A DNA stretch of 64,000 nucleotides. It comes from an uncultured Spirochaetota bacterium. Its GTDB lineage: Bacteria > Spirochaetota > Brevinematia > Brevinematales > JAOACQ01. Each line of letters starts with the position of its first letter. The first letter of the stretch is position 1. Below the pieces are notes generated by a model. The model had not been told where the DNA came from and made no database searches. It saw only the letters and a list, made by a program, of their open reading frames with translations. Location of the stretch: assembly GCA_963768055.1 (NCBI GenBank), contig CAVYGN010000001.1, forward strand, positions 1,536,001-1,600,000. The letters run 5' to 3'. The translations under genes and the position numbers were made by a program. Of this stretch, positions 8,962-18,675 are shown one piece after another.

Positions 8962-9957
8962 TTGGTATATCTGAGATCGACATTGAGGTATTTCCTTACA
9001 TTCCTGAGAATTACGTTTTTATTGTGCGTTTTGCTGCTGATCTGCTTGTTTTCAGGAGCTATTTCCCTCAAATCTCAGGGCGATCCTGCATTTTTTATCG
9101 ATTCGCTGAAAAATTACGGTATAATCATTATCAGGATAATGCCTTTTATAATAATTCTGTCAAGCCTCATTTTTTTTTCAAATATTTCAAAGACCGCCGC
9201 CAAGCCATTCCTTATAACTATGATACCCTTCCTGACAATTTTCAACACTTTAATCCTCTGCCTGTCTTTTTTTATCAGCGCCGATTTCAGGGAATTCGAT
9301 GGACAGGCTCGCACCTATTATTACCCGGAACTGGCTCCTGATGCGGTCAATAATTTGGGGGAATATAAAATTGTTATGAAAGGGGGCGGAAATAAAGGGG
9401 TGTTATTCTATAATAATGCCTACCTTTTTAAAAATTTTAAATTAGTAAACGGCAACATCTCCCTGGATACCGGAACTGCGATTTTAGATTCTTCGTTAAC
9501 GCCTTCTTATACTCATTACAGTTTTCCTTCCGGATTGGAGGCAATCGGACTTGAGAAAACCGGAATTTCAGATTATGTAATAAAAAATTTTCTTGATGCT
9601 TCAAGGAACCTTCCTGTTATTTTTTCAGGATTAAGCACAGGAAGCAGTATTGCCGCCCTGATAATATCGTTTTTATTCATGAACCTGGGGTTTTTCGCCA
9701 TGGCCTGTTCATTCGCCGTCTTTTTTAATGATAAACAAACAATTCTTCTTTCATGGTCGGTCATTGTATTGTTATCGGCTGTATTATTTTTAATCCTGCC
9801 CCAATATTTCATTCTCATATCGATAATTAAATCCGGGATAAGAAACGCCCAATTTAAATTGATTCTTCCCAGCATTTTCGTAGGCCTGCCCGGCGGTCTT
9901 ATCGGTTATATCCTGATAGGGCTAAAAATGCCGGGACCAGGCAGGAAGGCCGCCTGA
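8962..9957 (+). CDS. Membrane protein, divergent LptF/LptG-like topology
   Basis: About 3 TM, soluble beta-rich loop, about 3 TM; AGGAGG RBS; coupled to a similar gene. Confidence 0.45.
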   Translation: MVYLRSTLRYFLTFLRITFLLCVLLLICLFSGAISLKSQGDPAFFIDSLKNYGIIIIRIMPFIIILSSLIFFSNISKTAAKPFLITMIPFLTIFNTLILCLSFFISADFREFDGQARTYYYPELAPDAVNNLGEYKIVMKGGGNKGVLFYNNAYLFKNFKLVNGNISLDTGTAILDSSLTPSYTHYSFPSGLEAIGLEKTGISDYVIKNFLDASRNLPVIFSGLSTGSSIAALIISFLFMNLGFFAMACSFAVFFNDKQTILLSWSVIVLLSAVLFLILPQYFILISIIKSGIRNAQFKLILPSIFVGLPGGLIGYILIGLKMPGPGRKAA

Positions 9958-10991
9958 TGAAAAAATTAAGGAGTTTTATAGGACTTTTTTTTGTACTGGC
10001 GATTTTTGTTATAATATTCTCATTTATCTACTATTTCCTTATTGAAAAAATACAATCCGTATGGCTTGTGTTTTATATATCGAAGTCGGTTTTATTTTAT
10101 CTGCCAGTCTTATCATCCCTGTCCATTTTGTGGCCGTTAGTATTCAGGGATATTTCGGAAGGTTCTTACAGGGGAAAAAGTTCCAGTTTAAATTATAAAG
10201 TTACTGTTTTCATATTCCTCGTTATTTGTTCGGCTTTTCTGTACCAGGAAGCCGCTGTGCCGGCTATTTACAATTCGATAAGTTTTAGCAAAATAATGAA
10301 ATCAAAAGGAATTACCCCGCAGAAAGCTGTTAAATTTTCAGAAGGGGATAAATTCAGCATGACCGAATTCAATAATCTTGGAGCGTTGAGAATGAGGTCG
10401 AACATAGCTTTTTCCGCCGGGACATCCTATATTTATTTTGGAAAAATGTACGATGGAAACGGGCCTTATTTTATCGAAGGATTTCGCTTCATAAATTATA
10501 AACCCTCCAATGAACCGGATTATATAATTACTTCCGAATATGCTAAAATTATAGACGATCTGATTTATGTTGTCAGCCCCTACTATTTCGAATATTCAGG
10601 CCAGGCTGTTAAAAATGTAAAAAGAATTGAAGGGGTCAAGACCATTGTCCTTCCATACAGGCCGGCAGGAATATTTGCCCTTTCATCGGAAAATATACCG
10701 GAGACCGTGAGTTTGATTGATGTTTTGTTTTATAACGATTACTCTTTCAATGCCGGTATCAATTTCCGATCTCTCGGCAATATAATTTTCAACAGGATCG
10801 GGTATTATATAATACTTGTCCTTATGCTGATAATCTCTTCGACTTTCGGTTCCGCTTTTAAAAACATGAGAATGCTGAAAGGGGAATACCTAAAGACCGC
10901 CGCGTTTTATTTAATATCGTTTTTTTTCGTATCGCTCTGCTACGATACGCTCGCCGAGGCTTTTGCCATGATATACAGCCTTCTTATTTAA
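9957..10991 (+). CDS. Membrane protein, LptF/LptG-like permease
   Basis: 3+3 TM layout with periplasmic domain; QEAAVP and FNRIGYYIILVLMLIISSTFG resemble LptF/G segments. Confidence 0.5.
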   Translation: MKKLRSFIGLFFVLAIFVIIFSFIYYFLIEKIQSVWLVFYISKSVLFYLPVLSSLSILWPLVFRDISEGSYRGKSSSLNYKVTVFIFLVICSAFLYQEAAVPAIYNSISFSKIMKSKGITPQKAVKFSEGDKFSMTEFNNLGALRMRSNIAFSAGTSYIYFGKMYDGNGPYFIEGFRFINYKPSNEPDYIITSEYAKIIDDLIYVVSPYYFEYSGQAVKNVKRIEGVKTIVLPYRPAGIFALSSENIPETVSLIDVLFYNDYSFNAGINFRSLGNIIFNRIGYYIILVLMLIISSTFGSAFKNMRMLKGEYLKTAAFYLISFFFVSLCYDTLAEAFAMIYSLLI

Positions 10992-11013
10992 TTATGGAAA
11001 AGGATAGCCTGAT

Positions 11014-11421
11014 ATGCATACTTTATTGATCACATTGATACTCTCGTCAAATGTAATGAACATTGAAATCGCATCTACAAGGGCGCAGAAAGAAACAGGG
11101 CTTATGAACAGAAGGTCCTGGAACGGAACGGACGGTATGCTCTTTATAAATAAAAATCCGATGTTCGCATCTTATTGGATGAAAAATACATATCTCAATC
11201 TGACAATGTATTTCATGGACACAGATCTTAACATACTTGAGGTTTACAATCCTGTGCCGCAGTCTACTGAAATAATAAGCTCGGCTTCAGATAAAATACA
11301 GTATGTACTTGAACTTAACCCTCTTCTTACGAACATCCTGAGGGATTCTTACGCTGTCTTCCGGAAAAAGCTGAAAGAAAAACTGACAGACTTAAAAAGT
11401 GTAATAAATCCGGAAGACTGA
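11014..11421 (+). CDS. DUF192 family protein
   Basis: EIA...GLMNR, GMLF, YWMKNT, YVLELN motifs. Confidence 0.85.
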   Translation: MHTLLITLILSSNVMNIEIASTRAQKETGLMNRRSWNGTDGMLFINKNPMFASYWMKNTYLNLTMYFMDTDLNILEVYNPVPQSTEIISSASDKIQYVLELNPLLTNILRDSYAVFRKKLKEKLTDLKSVINPED

Positions 11422-11425
11422 GACC

Positions 11426-12052
11426 CTATCTTGTAAAGTAAAGATTTACTTTCTTTGTCGTATCCGCTATCTTCATTTTCCCCTTGGTGTCTACATACCC
11501 GGAGTAAAAAGAGGTGGTAAGATAATACTTGTTCCCGACATCGCCGGCTATATGTTTGTCCTTGTTGATGATCAGGTAAACGTCCGAATCCGCTTTTTTA
11601 CCTGAACTCGTTACACCGCAAAAATCTTCATTGTTGGTCGTTAAATCCACCGTCTCGGTCACTTCCCCGTTTACTTCCTTTTCGTAGATGAAATCCTTCG
11701 ATACCGGATAGTAAGTATAATATTCCACCATGTCCGAATACTCGAATTTTACGGCATACCAGACTTTAACATCGTAAGTAATCGAATTATCGAGAAGTAT
11801 GTCGACCCTCAGGTAATCCTTGTCGAAACACGATATCGCCCCCTTTATATCGACCTCCGGGGCGTTATCAACTTTGACCTCGGTAGCAAGCTCATCGTCG
11901 GGAGAAATAACCCAGTCGCTGGCTGTATATGGATCGTTCACATCCGATACTTCATCAGCGTTCTTTGACGGAAGACCCCTCGGCATAACAAAAGCGGGTA
12001 TAAAAAATAGAACCGCAGCGACAACTAAAATTAACCTCATACTCTTTCCCAT
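11426..12052 (-). CDS. Secreted hypothetical protein
   Basis: AGGAGG RBS, signal peptide, acidic beta-rich mature domain. Confidence 0.6.
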   Translation of the reverse strand: MGKSMRLILVVAAVLFFIPAFVMPRGLPSKNADEVSDVNDPYTASDWVISPDDELATEVKVDNAPEVDIKGAISCFDKDYLRVDILLDNSITYDVKVWYAVKFEYSDMVEYYTYYPVSKDFIYEKEVNGEVTETVDLTTNNEDFCGVTSSGKKADSDVYLIINKDKHIAGDVGNKYYLTTSFYSGYVDTKGKMKIADTTKKVNLYFTR

Positions 12053-12188
12053 ACAGCACCTCCTATAAATCGGCAATCATTTAAAAAATATGCCGCTCCT
12101 TAACTCAATATATAGTAAATAATATCATATAACATAATTTAAGCAAGGATTTTTTTTTAATCAATAGAATTTAAAAATAATTTATAAA

Positions 12189-12314
12189 GGGCGGTTCCAA
12201 AAACTAACTTTGTTAGTAATAAAAGATGTTCTAATCATAATGAAACCGCCCAATGGGTACTACCTTGCCCGATGAAAAGGCTATGTCCTGTAAGGAGGTT
12301 TTTTAGAAGTGCCC
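12189..12314 (+). mobile_element. MITE-like element (GGGC-TIR family)
   Basis: GGGCGGTTCCAAAAAC...GTTTTTTAGAAGTGCCC flanked by TAAA/TAAA; homologous to 63514-63624. Confidence 0.75.
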
Positions 12315-12366
12315 TAAATTTACAAAATGCAGAGGCGGGAATTGCGATTTTCGAAATAAATGCGAA

Positions 12367-13425
12367 TCATTCCTGCTGGAATAGATCTATTTCCTCGAGA
12401 AGAGCTGCAAGTATGCCGGCTTTGGATATTTTCCTCACCAGGGTGCCTTTTTTAAAAAGTACAGCGCCCTTCGTCCCGACGGCGATTCCGATGTCGGCTT
12501 CGGCGGCTTCACCGGGCCCGTTGACGGTGCACCCCATTACGGCGACTTTCATGTATTTTTTTAAGCCCTTTGTTTTTTTTGCCAGGTCGTTAACGACTTC
12601 CTCCACATCGAATTCATGCCTGGCGCAAACAGGGCAGGATATGATTTCTATTCCTTCACTCCGGAGACCCAGGACCCTGAGCAGAGTTTTTGCCACCTCG
12701 ACCTCTTTTACCGGATCGCCTGTGATAGAGATCCGGATAGTATCGCCTATTCCGTCCAGAAGCAGCGCTCCGATCCCGGCCGAACTCTTTATTAGCGCCT
12801 GTTCGTATCCCCCCGCTTCCGTCACTCCAAGATGAAGGGGATAATCCTTCCTGTCGGAAAAAATCCGGTAAGCTTCTACCATTACCCTGACATTCGACGA
12901 TTTGAGAGAAACTTTGATATCCTTAAAACCCGTTTCTTCAAGCAGGCCGATATGTCCCATTGCTGAATCGACCAGAGCTTCGGCCGTCGGATGCTGATAT
13001 TTTTTCCTGTCTATCGAACCCCCGTTAACGCCGATCCTGATGGGAATGTTTTTATTCATGCAGGCCCTTACAACCTCTTTTACTTCATCGCTGTTACGGA
13101 GGTTTCCCGGATTGATCCTCAGGGCATCCGCCCCGGATTCTATTGAGTTTAAAGCCAGCCTGTAGTCAAAATGAATATCTGCTACGAGAGGAATATCTAC
13201 GAATTTTTTTATCTCTTTGATAGATTCGGCGGATTTACTGTCCGGAATTCCGAGCCTGACTATATCGCACCCGGCTCTTATAAGCCTTTTAATTTCCCTT
13301 ACGGTGGAACGAACATCATCCGTACGCGCTGTCGTCATGGATTGTACCGATATCGGCGACAGTCCGCCCACTTTTACATTCCCGATCGTTACCTGCTTTG
13401 TAATTTTCCTGCGGGGCTTATTCAT
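12367..13425 (-). CDS. ispG: HMBPP synthase (GcpE)
   Basis: SVQSMT, ADIHF, RINPGN, HLGVTEAG, CPVCAR, GCTVNGPGEA. Confidence 0.97.
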   Translation of the reverse strand: MNKPRRKITKQVTIGNVKVGGLSPISVQSMTTARTDDVRSTVREIKRLIRAGCDIVRLGIPDSKSAESIKEIKKFVDIPLVADIHFDYRLALNSIESGADALRINPGNLRNSDEVKEVVRACMNKNIPIRIGVNGGSIDRKKYQHPTAEALVDSAMGHIGLLEETGFKDIKVSLKSSNVRVMVEAYRIFSDRKDYPLHLGVTEAGGYEQALIKSSAGIGALLLDGIGDTIRISITGDPVKEVEVAKTLLRVLGLRSEGIEIISCPVCARHEFDVEEVVNDLAKKTKGLKKYMKVAVMGCTVNGPGEAAEADIGIAVGTKGAVLFKKGTLVRKISKAGILAALLEEIDLFQQE

Positions 13426-14137
13426 ATTTCATGGCTTCGGAAAGCTTGAAACGTCCTTCATACAGGGCCTTGCCGATTATTACACCTTTTAAGCCCATGG
13501 GTTCATATTCTTTGAGTTTTTTTATATCCTCAAGGGTCGATACGCCCCCTGAAATAATTATAGGAATATCGGTAACTGTAAGCATTGTCTCGACCGCATC
13601 GTAATTCGGGCCTTCCAGCGTACCGTCGCGCATTATATCTGTGTAAATGACTTCTTCGACGCCGTATTCTTCAAGTTCTTTAATAATATCCACAGCCCTT
13701 TTATCTGTCGTTTCCTTCCATCCGTTTTTAACAACAAAGCCGTCGGCCGCGTCTATCGCTATTATTACTCCATGCGGATCGTTTTTGCAAAGGTTCTTGA
13801 TGAACTTTTTATTATCGATGGCGGCTGTTCCTATTATTATCTTGTGAACTCCCCTGTTCTTCAGGGCTCTGATTATGCGGTTGTCCCTTATGCCGCCTCC
13901 AACCTCGATCTCGATTTTAACTTCTTCTACAATCCTCTGGATTATATCCAGATTTTTCGTTTTGCCTTCGAAAGCCCCGTCCAGATCGACTATATGAAGC
14001 CTTCTTGCCCCTTCCCTTTCCCAGTATTTTGCCTGGAAGACCGGTTCATTCGAATATACCGTTTCAAACTCCGGATTGCCGCGGACCAGCCTCACGCATT
14101 TTCTGTTTTTTATATCTATCGCCGGAATAATTAACAT
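13418..14137 (-). CDS. hisA: ProFAR isomerase
   Basis: IIPAIDI, HIVDLDGA, VGGGIR, TDIMRDGTLEGPN. Confidence 0.95.
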   Translation of the reverse strand: MLIIPAIDIKNRKCVRLVRGNPEFETVYSNEPVFQAKYWEREGARRLHIVDLDGAFEGKTKNLDIIQRIVEEVKIEIEVGGGIRDNRIIRALKNRGVHKIIIGTAAIDNKKFIKNLCKNDPHGVIIAIDAADGFVVKNGWKETTDKRAVDIIKELEEYGVEEVIYTDIMRDGTLEGPNYDAVETMLTVTDIPIIISGGVSTLEDIKKLKEYEPMGLKGVIIGKALYEGRFKLSEAMKYE

Positions 14138-14172
14138 AAATTTCTCCTTTTTTAATCATTAAAAATAAAAAA

Positions 14173-14775
14173 TTATAACTTATCGAACCTTTCCAGCAGT
14201 CTTAAACCGTTCCTGTGACTTTTCTCAGGATGGTATTGGACGGCGAAAATATTTTCATTAACGATAGAAGACGCGTAAACGATTTCATATTCGGTTGTAG
14301 TAACGATTATATCCTTGTTATATGGAACCGGAAAGTAAGAGTGATCAAAATAAAAATAAGCATTATTTTCCAAAACGTCAAAAATACCCTCGTTTTTTAC
14401 AAGTGAAACCTGGTTCCAGCCTATATGGGGGACAGGAAGGGATATGTCAAGCCGGACAATTTCACCCTTAAGCACTCCAAGCCCGTTAAAAACGCCGTTT
14501 TCATAGCTTTTTTCAAAGAGAAGATGCATGCCCAGGCAAATCCCCAAAAAAGGCTTTCCGGATTTTATAGAACTCTTAATAGGATCGACAAGCGAGAACT
14601 TTTCAAGATTCTTGATTGCGTCCTCGAAAGCCCCTACGCCCGGAAGCACAAGTTTATCCGCATTCCTGACATCCTCGGGCTTTGAACTGATTCTGATGTC
14701 CGAAAAGCCGACCCTTGAGAAAGCATTGTATACGCTTGCAAGGTTTCCCATTCCGTAATCTATTATAACTGTCAT
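14173..14775 (-). CDS. hisH: Imidazole glycerol phosphate synthase, glutaminase subunit
   Basis: DYGMGNL, LPGVGAF, GICLGM, QYHPEKS. Confidence 0.95.
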   Translation of the reverse strand: MTVIIDYGMGNLASVYNAFSRVGFSDIRISSKPEDVRNADKLVLPGVGAFEDAIKNLEKFSLVDPIKSSIKSGKPFLGICLGMHLLFEKSYENGVFNGLGVLKGEIVRLDISLPVPHIGWNQVSLVKNEGIFDVLENNAYFYFDHSYFPVPYNKDIIVTTTEYEIVYASSIVNENIFAVQYHPEKSHRNGLRLLERFDKL

Positions 14776-14782
14776 TTTCTTT

Positions 14783-15379
14783 TCAAACCTTCTCAATATA
14801 TTCCTTTGTCGAAGGTATGGAATTTTTTGCCTTCTCGTCAATTTCGACCGCCATCCGGAGAGCCCTTGCGAACGCCTTGCATGAAGCTTCCATAATGTGG
14901 TGCAGATTGTCCCCTGTTTTGACGGTTAAATGAAGCGTATAACCCATCGAACAAAACCCTTTAAAAAAAACATCACCCAGTTCAAAATTAAAATTGCCGA
15001 TATCGCCTGCGAAATTAGACAGGTTTGTCCTGCAGAACGAGCGTCCGCTGACATCCAATACGGCTTCGACAAGAGCTTCATCAAGGGGGACAACGGCATA
15101 GCCGAAACGCTTTATCCCGGCCTTGTCCGCGAGTATTTCGCCAAGGCCCTTGCCGAGCAGGATCCCTGTATCTTCAACAAGGTGATGATAATCGACATGG
15201 ATGTCGCCGCTTGCATCGATTCTCAAATCCGTCAGGCTGTGTTTTGAAATTGTTTCCAGCATGTGATTAAAAAAACCTATGCCGGTGTTGATCTCGAAAA
15301 CCCCCGATCCGTCTATATTGATTTTTAAGTCAATGTGGGTTTCTCTGGTTTTCCTTGAAAATTCTCCAAGCCTTGCCAC
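14783..15379 (-). CDS. hisB: Imidazoleglycerol-phosphate dehydratase
   Basis: RKTRET, HHLVEDTGI, NLHHIMEA, IPSTK. Confidence 0.95.
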   Translation of the reverse strand: MARLGEFSRKTRETHIDLKINIDGSGVFEINTGIGFFNHMLETISKHSLTDLRIDASGDIHVDYHHLVEDTGILLGKGLGEILADKAGIKRFGYAVVPLDEALVEAVLDVSGRSFCRTNLSNFAGDIGNFNFELGDVFFKGFCSMGYTLHLTVKTGDNLHHIMEASCKAFARALRMAVEIDEKAKNSIPSTKEYIEKV

Positions 15380-15422
15380 ATTAAACCTCCCCCATAAATT
15401 ATTAATATGATAATATATTAAC

Positions 15423-16670
15423 TTATCTTTTTATTCTGTCAATAGTTGTTTTTTCAAAACCGGCGGCCCCAAAAGGTTTTTGAAGGAATACCAGGGCCAG
15501 GAGCGCCAGGTCTGCCGTCATCACCGCTCCGCCCATTACCCATAAAAAAACATTCAGGGAAAAATAGCTCAAGGTTAAATAATATAATCCCGCAAGCAGC
15601 GCTAAAATAAGCCAAACAGCCGCACTGATAAGCTTAATATTCCTTGCAATAGAATAATTTAATATATTCAGCATTATTCCCAGGGGAAGGCTTGCTATAA
15701 TATAAACAGGCAGAATTTCTGCTGCGGGAAGATACTTTTCGCCGGATAAGAACATTACAATCCATTTCCCGAAGATCACCGTAAAAAAAGACGCCAGGGA
15801 AAACGACAGCACAGTCAGCAATATTCCCGCCCAAAAATGCCCTTTCCTGTTCTTAAGCGAATATGAAAAAACTACATTCGAGAAAAACAGGGAAAGCGTA
15901 ATAAGGTTCTTGCCGAACTGGGCGCAAAGGGAAAGATAACCGCTCTCTACCCCTCCTATACAATATTTAACAATAATCAGGTCAAGCGCGTATATCAGTC
16001 CGAACGGAACTAGAACGAGACATGTATTCAGATAGGTACCTAGAAGGCCCCAATTGATTTTTAACTCCCTTTTTTCAAATATAACCCGGACAAAAGGCCC
16101 CAAAAGCAGAAAAATCGCGGCAGCGCTTCCAACGATAGAAGCCCCAAGCGCTCCCATTACTTTCCACCCGGCTATGATCAAAAAAAACGCCGCTGCGGCC
16201 CTTATTACCATCTCCATGCCGGTATTGAAGCTTAATTTAAGGAATTCCATCCGCCCCTGGTAAATACCCCTGTAACCGGCGATGACGAGCGATAAGGCGG
16301 CTATCCCCGCACCCGCTATAGTGTATGCAGGGTCATTAAGGCGGTAAACCAGTTTAAAAAAAGGGTATAAGGCAAGGATAATGCAGAAGATAATAAACCC
16401 GGAAAGCCAGAAATCGAGGGATAATTCCTTTACAGCCAGGGATGTTGACTCTATTTTATTTACTGTCACATACTTGGCCGATGCAAGCTGAAGGGATGAG
16501 TTGGCCCAGGTCAGCCCGATTAAAAAATAAAAAAAGGCGTTAAAAATACCGTAATATTCAGGCCCCATGAGCCTGCTGGCTATAGAGGTAAAAGCAAAAT
16601 TAGAAGCGGTAACAATTCCGAAACCGCAAATGTAGTAAAATGTGTTCTTTGAATAATTATCAGATTTCAA
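15423..16670 (-). CDS. Wzx/MATE-like oligosaccharide flippase
   Basis: About 12 TM; SRLMGPEYYG; similar to 17377-18675. Confidence 0.7.
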   Translation of the reverse strand: MKSDNYSKNTFYYICGFGIVTASNFAFTSIASRLMGPEYYGIFNAFFYFLIGLTWANSSLQLASAKYVTVNKIESTSLAVKELSLDFWLSGFIIFCIILALYPFFKLVYRLNDPAYTIAGAGIAALSLVIAGYRGIYQGRMEFLKLSFNTGMEMVIRAAAAFFLIIAGWKVMGALGASIVGSAAAIFLLLGPFVRVIFEKRELKINWGLLGTYLNTCLVLVPFGLIYALDLIIVKYCIGGVESGYLSLCAQFGKNLITLSLFFSNVVFSYSLKNRKGHFWAGILLTVLSFSLASFFTVIFGKWIVMFLSGEKYLPAAEILPVYIIASLPLGIMLNILNYSIARNIKLISAAVWLILALLAGLYYLTLSYFSLNVFLWVMGGAVMTADLALLALVFLQKPFGAAGFEKTTIDRIKR

Positions 16671-16860
16671 TTAAAAACATCCTGTTTAAAACCATGGGTT
16701 AAATTCTAAGGGCAAAAAATCAAGCATTTATTTTAAAGCAAAAAGGGCTTAATTACAAGAGCAAAAAACAATAAATTGTCTTGAAATTTGTAAAAAACAT
16801 TTATATTTTTAACAAAACCCCTTAAAATAAAACCCGGACTTATTCAACAAGGGGTCTTAT

Positions 16861-17415
16861 ATGAGAGTAAGGAAATTCCTGATCAGGCTTCTTATCATAT
16901 TTATTTTTCTCGCGGTCATCAGCGCGTCATTGTATTTCATTCAGGTTTTTTTTCATCCCTTCGATTCCCAGATAAACAGCCTTATCGACTGGATCAATTA
17001 TATAAACAAGGCGGGTTCTTATTCGCTTATCGCCGGCATCACGCTGGGTTCGATCGTTTTTATCATTGCTATCGCATTGTTCCCCCTCCTTCTCAGTGGA
17101 ATAAACAGGAAGAATTACTGGTCAAGCATCCAGAAGGGCCTGCTCTCCTCATTTGTTTTCTTTATTTCACAGATCTTTTATAAATACGCGGAAAAATTGG
17201 GGGAAATTTATTTCTATCTCGCTCTTTTCGCGATTATCGTAACCACGCTGATACTTGTAGAAATAATAACGCTTTCCATGAAAGAGGGCAAAGAGGAGGA
17301 GGTCCGCACCGATATTATTGCCGCCATTTCTTCAGGTCTTATTTTCGGGGTCCTGATCAGGCTTATTGAACTGGGATTACACGAGGTTAAAAACCTTCTT
17401 TCTTTTATGCCATAA
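16861..17415 (+). CDS. Hypothetical membrane protein
   Basis: About 5 hydrophobic segments, plausible RBS; overlaps the convergent gene end by 39 nt. Confidence 0.6.
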   Translation: MRVRKFLIRLLIIFIFLAVISASLYFIQVFFHPFDSQINSLIDWINYINKAGSYSLIAGITLGSIVFIIAIALFPLLLSGINRKNYWSSIQKGLLSSFVFFISQIFYKYAEKLGEIYFYLALFAIIVTTLILVEIITLSMKEGKEEEVRTDIIAAISSGLIFGVLIRLIELGLHEVKNLLSFMP

Positions 17416-18675
17416 AAAAGAATCGAGCATCAATACGGCGAGGACCGCATAACCGACCGCTCCGATAACCAGGCTTACCTGGACAAGGTCTTTGTGGAAT
17501 AGGACAATACCTGAAACCTGAAGCAGGACGCCGGCAAAAATGGCCGCCGAATAAAACAGTTTCTGCGAGATAATATAATAATTGATGAGAAAACTTATAA
17601 GGGCGTAGGGCAGAAACATAAAGGCGTATATAGGTAGAATGTTTTCCATCCCTATAAATTTACCCCCGAATATTCCCACCGAAAGGAACCGGCTTATAAA
17701 AGCAAGGAAAGCGCAGAACGATATTAGTACAAGAAGTAGAAACAAAAAAGCCCTCAAATTGGACCTGGTCATATTTTCCCTGTCCTTCGACATGAATGGA
17801 AGCATAACAAACGACAAGGAATTTGCAATGAAAAACGACGCTATTCCAAACTGTTTGACCATCGAATATGTCCCAACCAGCTCTTCAAGATAATGCCTTA
17901 CAAGGATCGTATCGAGATAAATTATCAACTGGAAAGCGAAAACCGACAAAAAACCCGTAAGAAACGACCTCATTATTTTGCCCATATCGATAAAATCGGG
18001 GGTTGTTTCATCCGGGCCTCTCAAGAGCCCGCTCCTTTTAACAAATAAATAAAAATCTGCGGTCAGGTAGGCGGCGCTGATAATAAAAGACATAAGGACG
18101 CCTCCGAGAGCGCCGAGATAGCTTGAAGTCAGGTATACAAGCCCTACCCCGAGAGCGAATTTGCTTATCACGGCTGTGAGCTTGTATATAATATACTTTT
18201 TATAGTCTTCCCTTGACTGGATCAGGCTTTGAAAAGGGAAGGTAAAGAGATTCATGGCAGCCAGGGCAAAGAAAATTAAAAAGGGCCGGCTGTCGCCAAG
18301 ATGATAATAATCTTTTAAAAAAGGAAGGCCCAGAGCAAGTATACCTGTAATCAAAATTATCAGTATGAAGATTATTAAAAAAACTTTTTTAAGATAGTCC
18401 CTCAGGGCTCCTCCTTTTTTTTCATGGATCAGCCTCGATATATCGGCGCTGAAGACCATCTGCAGTGCCAGGCCGGGTATGCTTACGATCATTAAAAGAG
18501 AAATGAGGGGAACATAGATGCCGTACTGGGCCGGTTCAAGAATTTTCCCTAAAAAAACGGTATATAAAAAGTTTATCGCCCCTTCAGCCGAGGTAACTAT
18601 CGAAATATAAGTCGAGCCTAAAAATATCCTGTTTGAAATTATTTTTTTTACATTACTGCGGATAAAATCAGCCAT
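17377..18675 (-). CDS. Wzx/MATE-like oligosaccharide flippase
   Basis: About 12 TM; GKILEPAQYG, DTILVRHY; translationally coupled to uvrD. Confidence 0.72.
   Translation of the reverse strand: MADFIRSNVKKIISNRIFLGSTYISIVTSAEGAINFLYTVFLGKILEPAQYGIYVPLISLLMIVSIPGLALQMVFSADISRLIHEKKGGALRDYLKKVFLIIFILIILITGILALGLPFLKDYYHLGDSRPFLIFFALAAMNLFTFPFQSLIQSREDYKKYIIYKLTAVISKFALGVGLVYLTSSYLGALGGVLMSFIISAAYLTADFYLFVKRSGLLRGPDETTPDFIDMGKIMRSFLTGFLSVFAFQLIIYLDTILVRHYLEELVGTYSMVKQFGIASFFIANSLSFVMLPFMSKDRENMTRSNLRAFLFLLLVLISFCAFLAFISRFLSVGIFGGKFIGMENILPIYAFMFLPYALISFLINYYIISQKLFYSAAIFAGVLLQVSGIVLFHKDLVQVSLVIGAVGYAVLAVLMLDSFLWHKRKKVFNLV

Noticed and set aside
8844..9341. 165-aa ORF starting right after the tRNA
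   Set aside because: Runs through the terminator and overlaps the RBS-supported 8962 gene in another frame.
8771..12100. Integrative island at tRNA-Asn
   Set aside because: No integrase and no duplicated tRNA 3' end seen.
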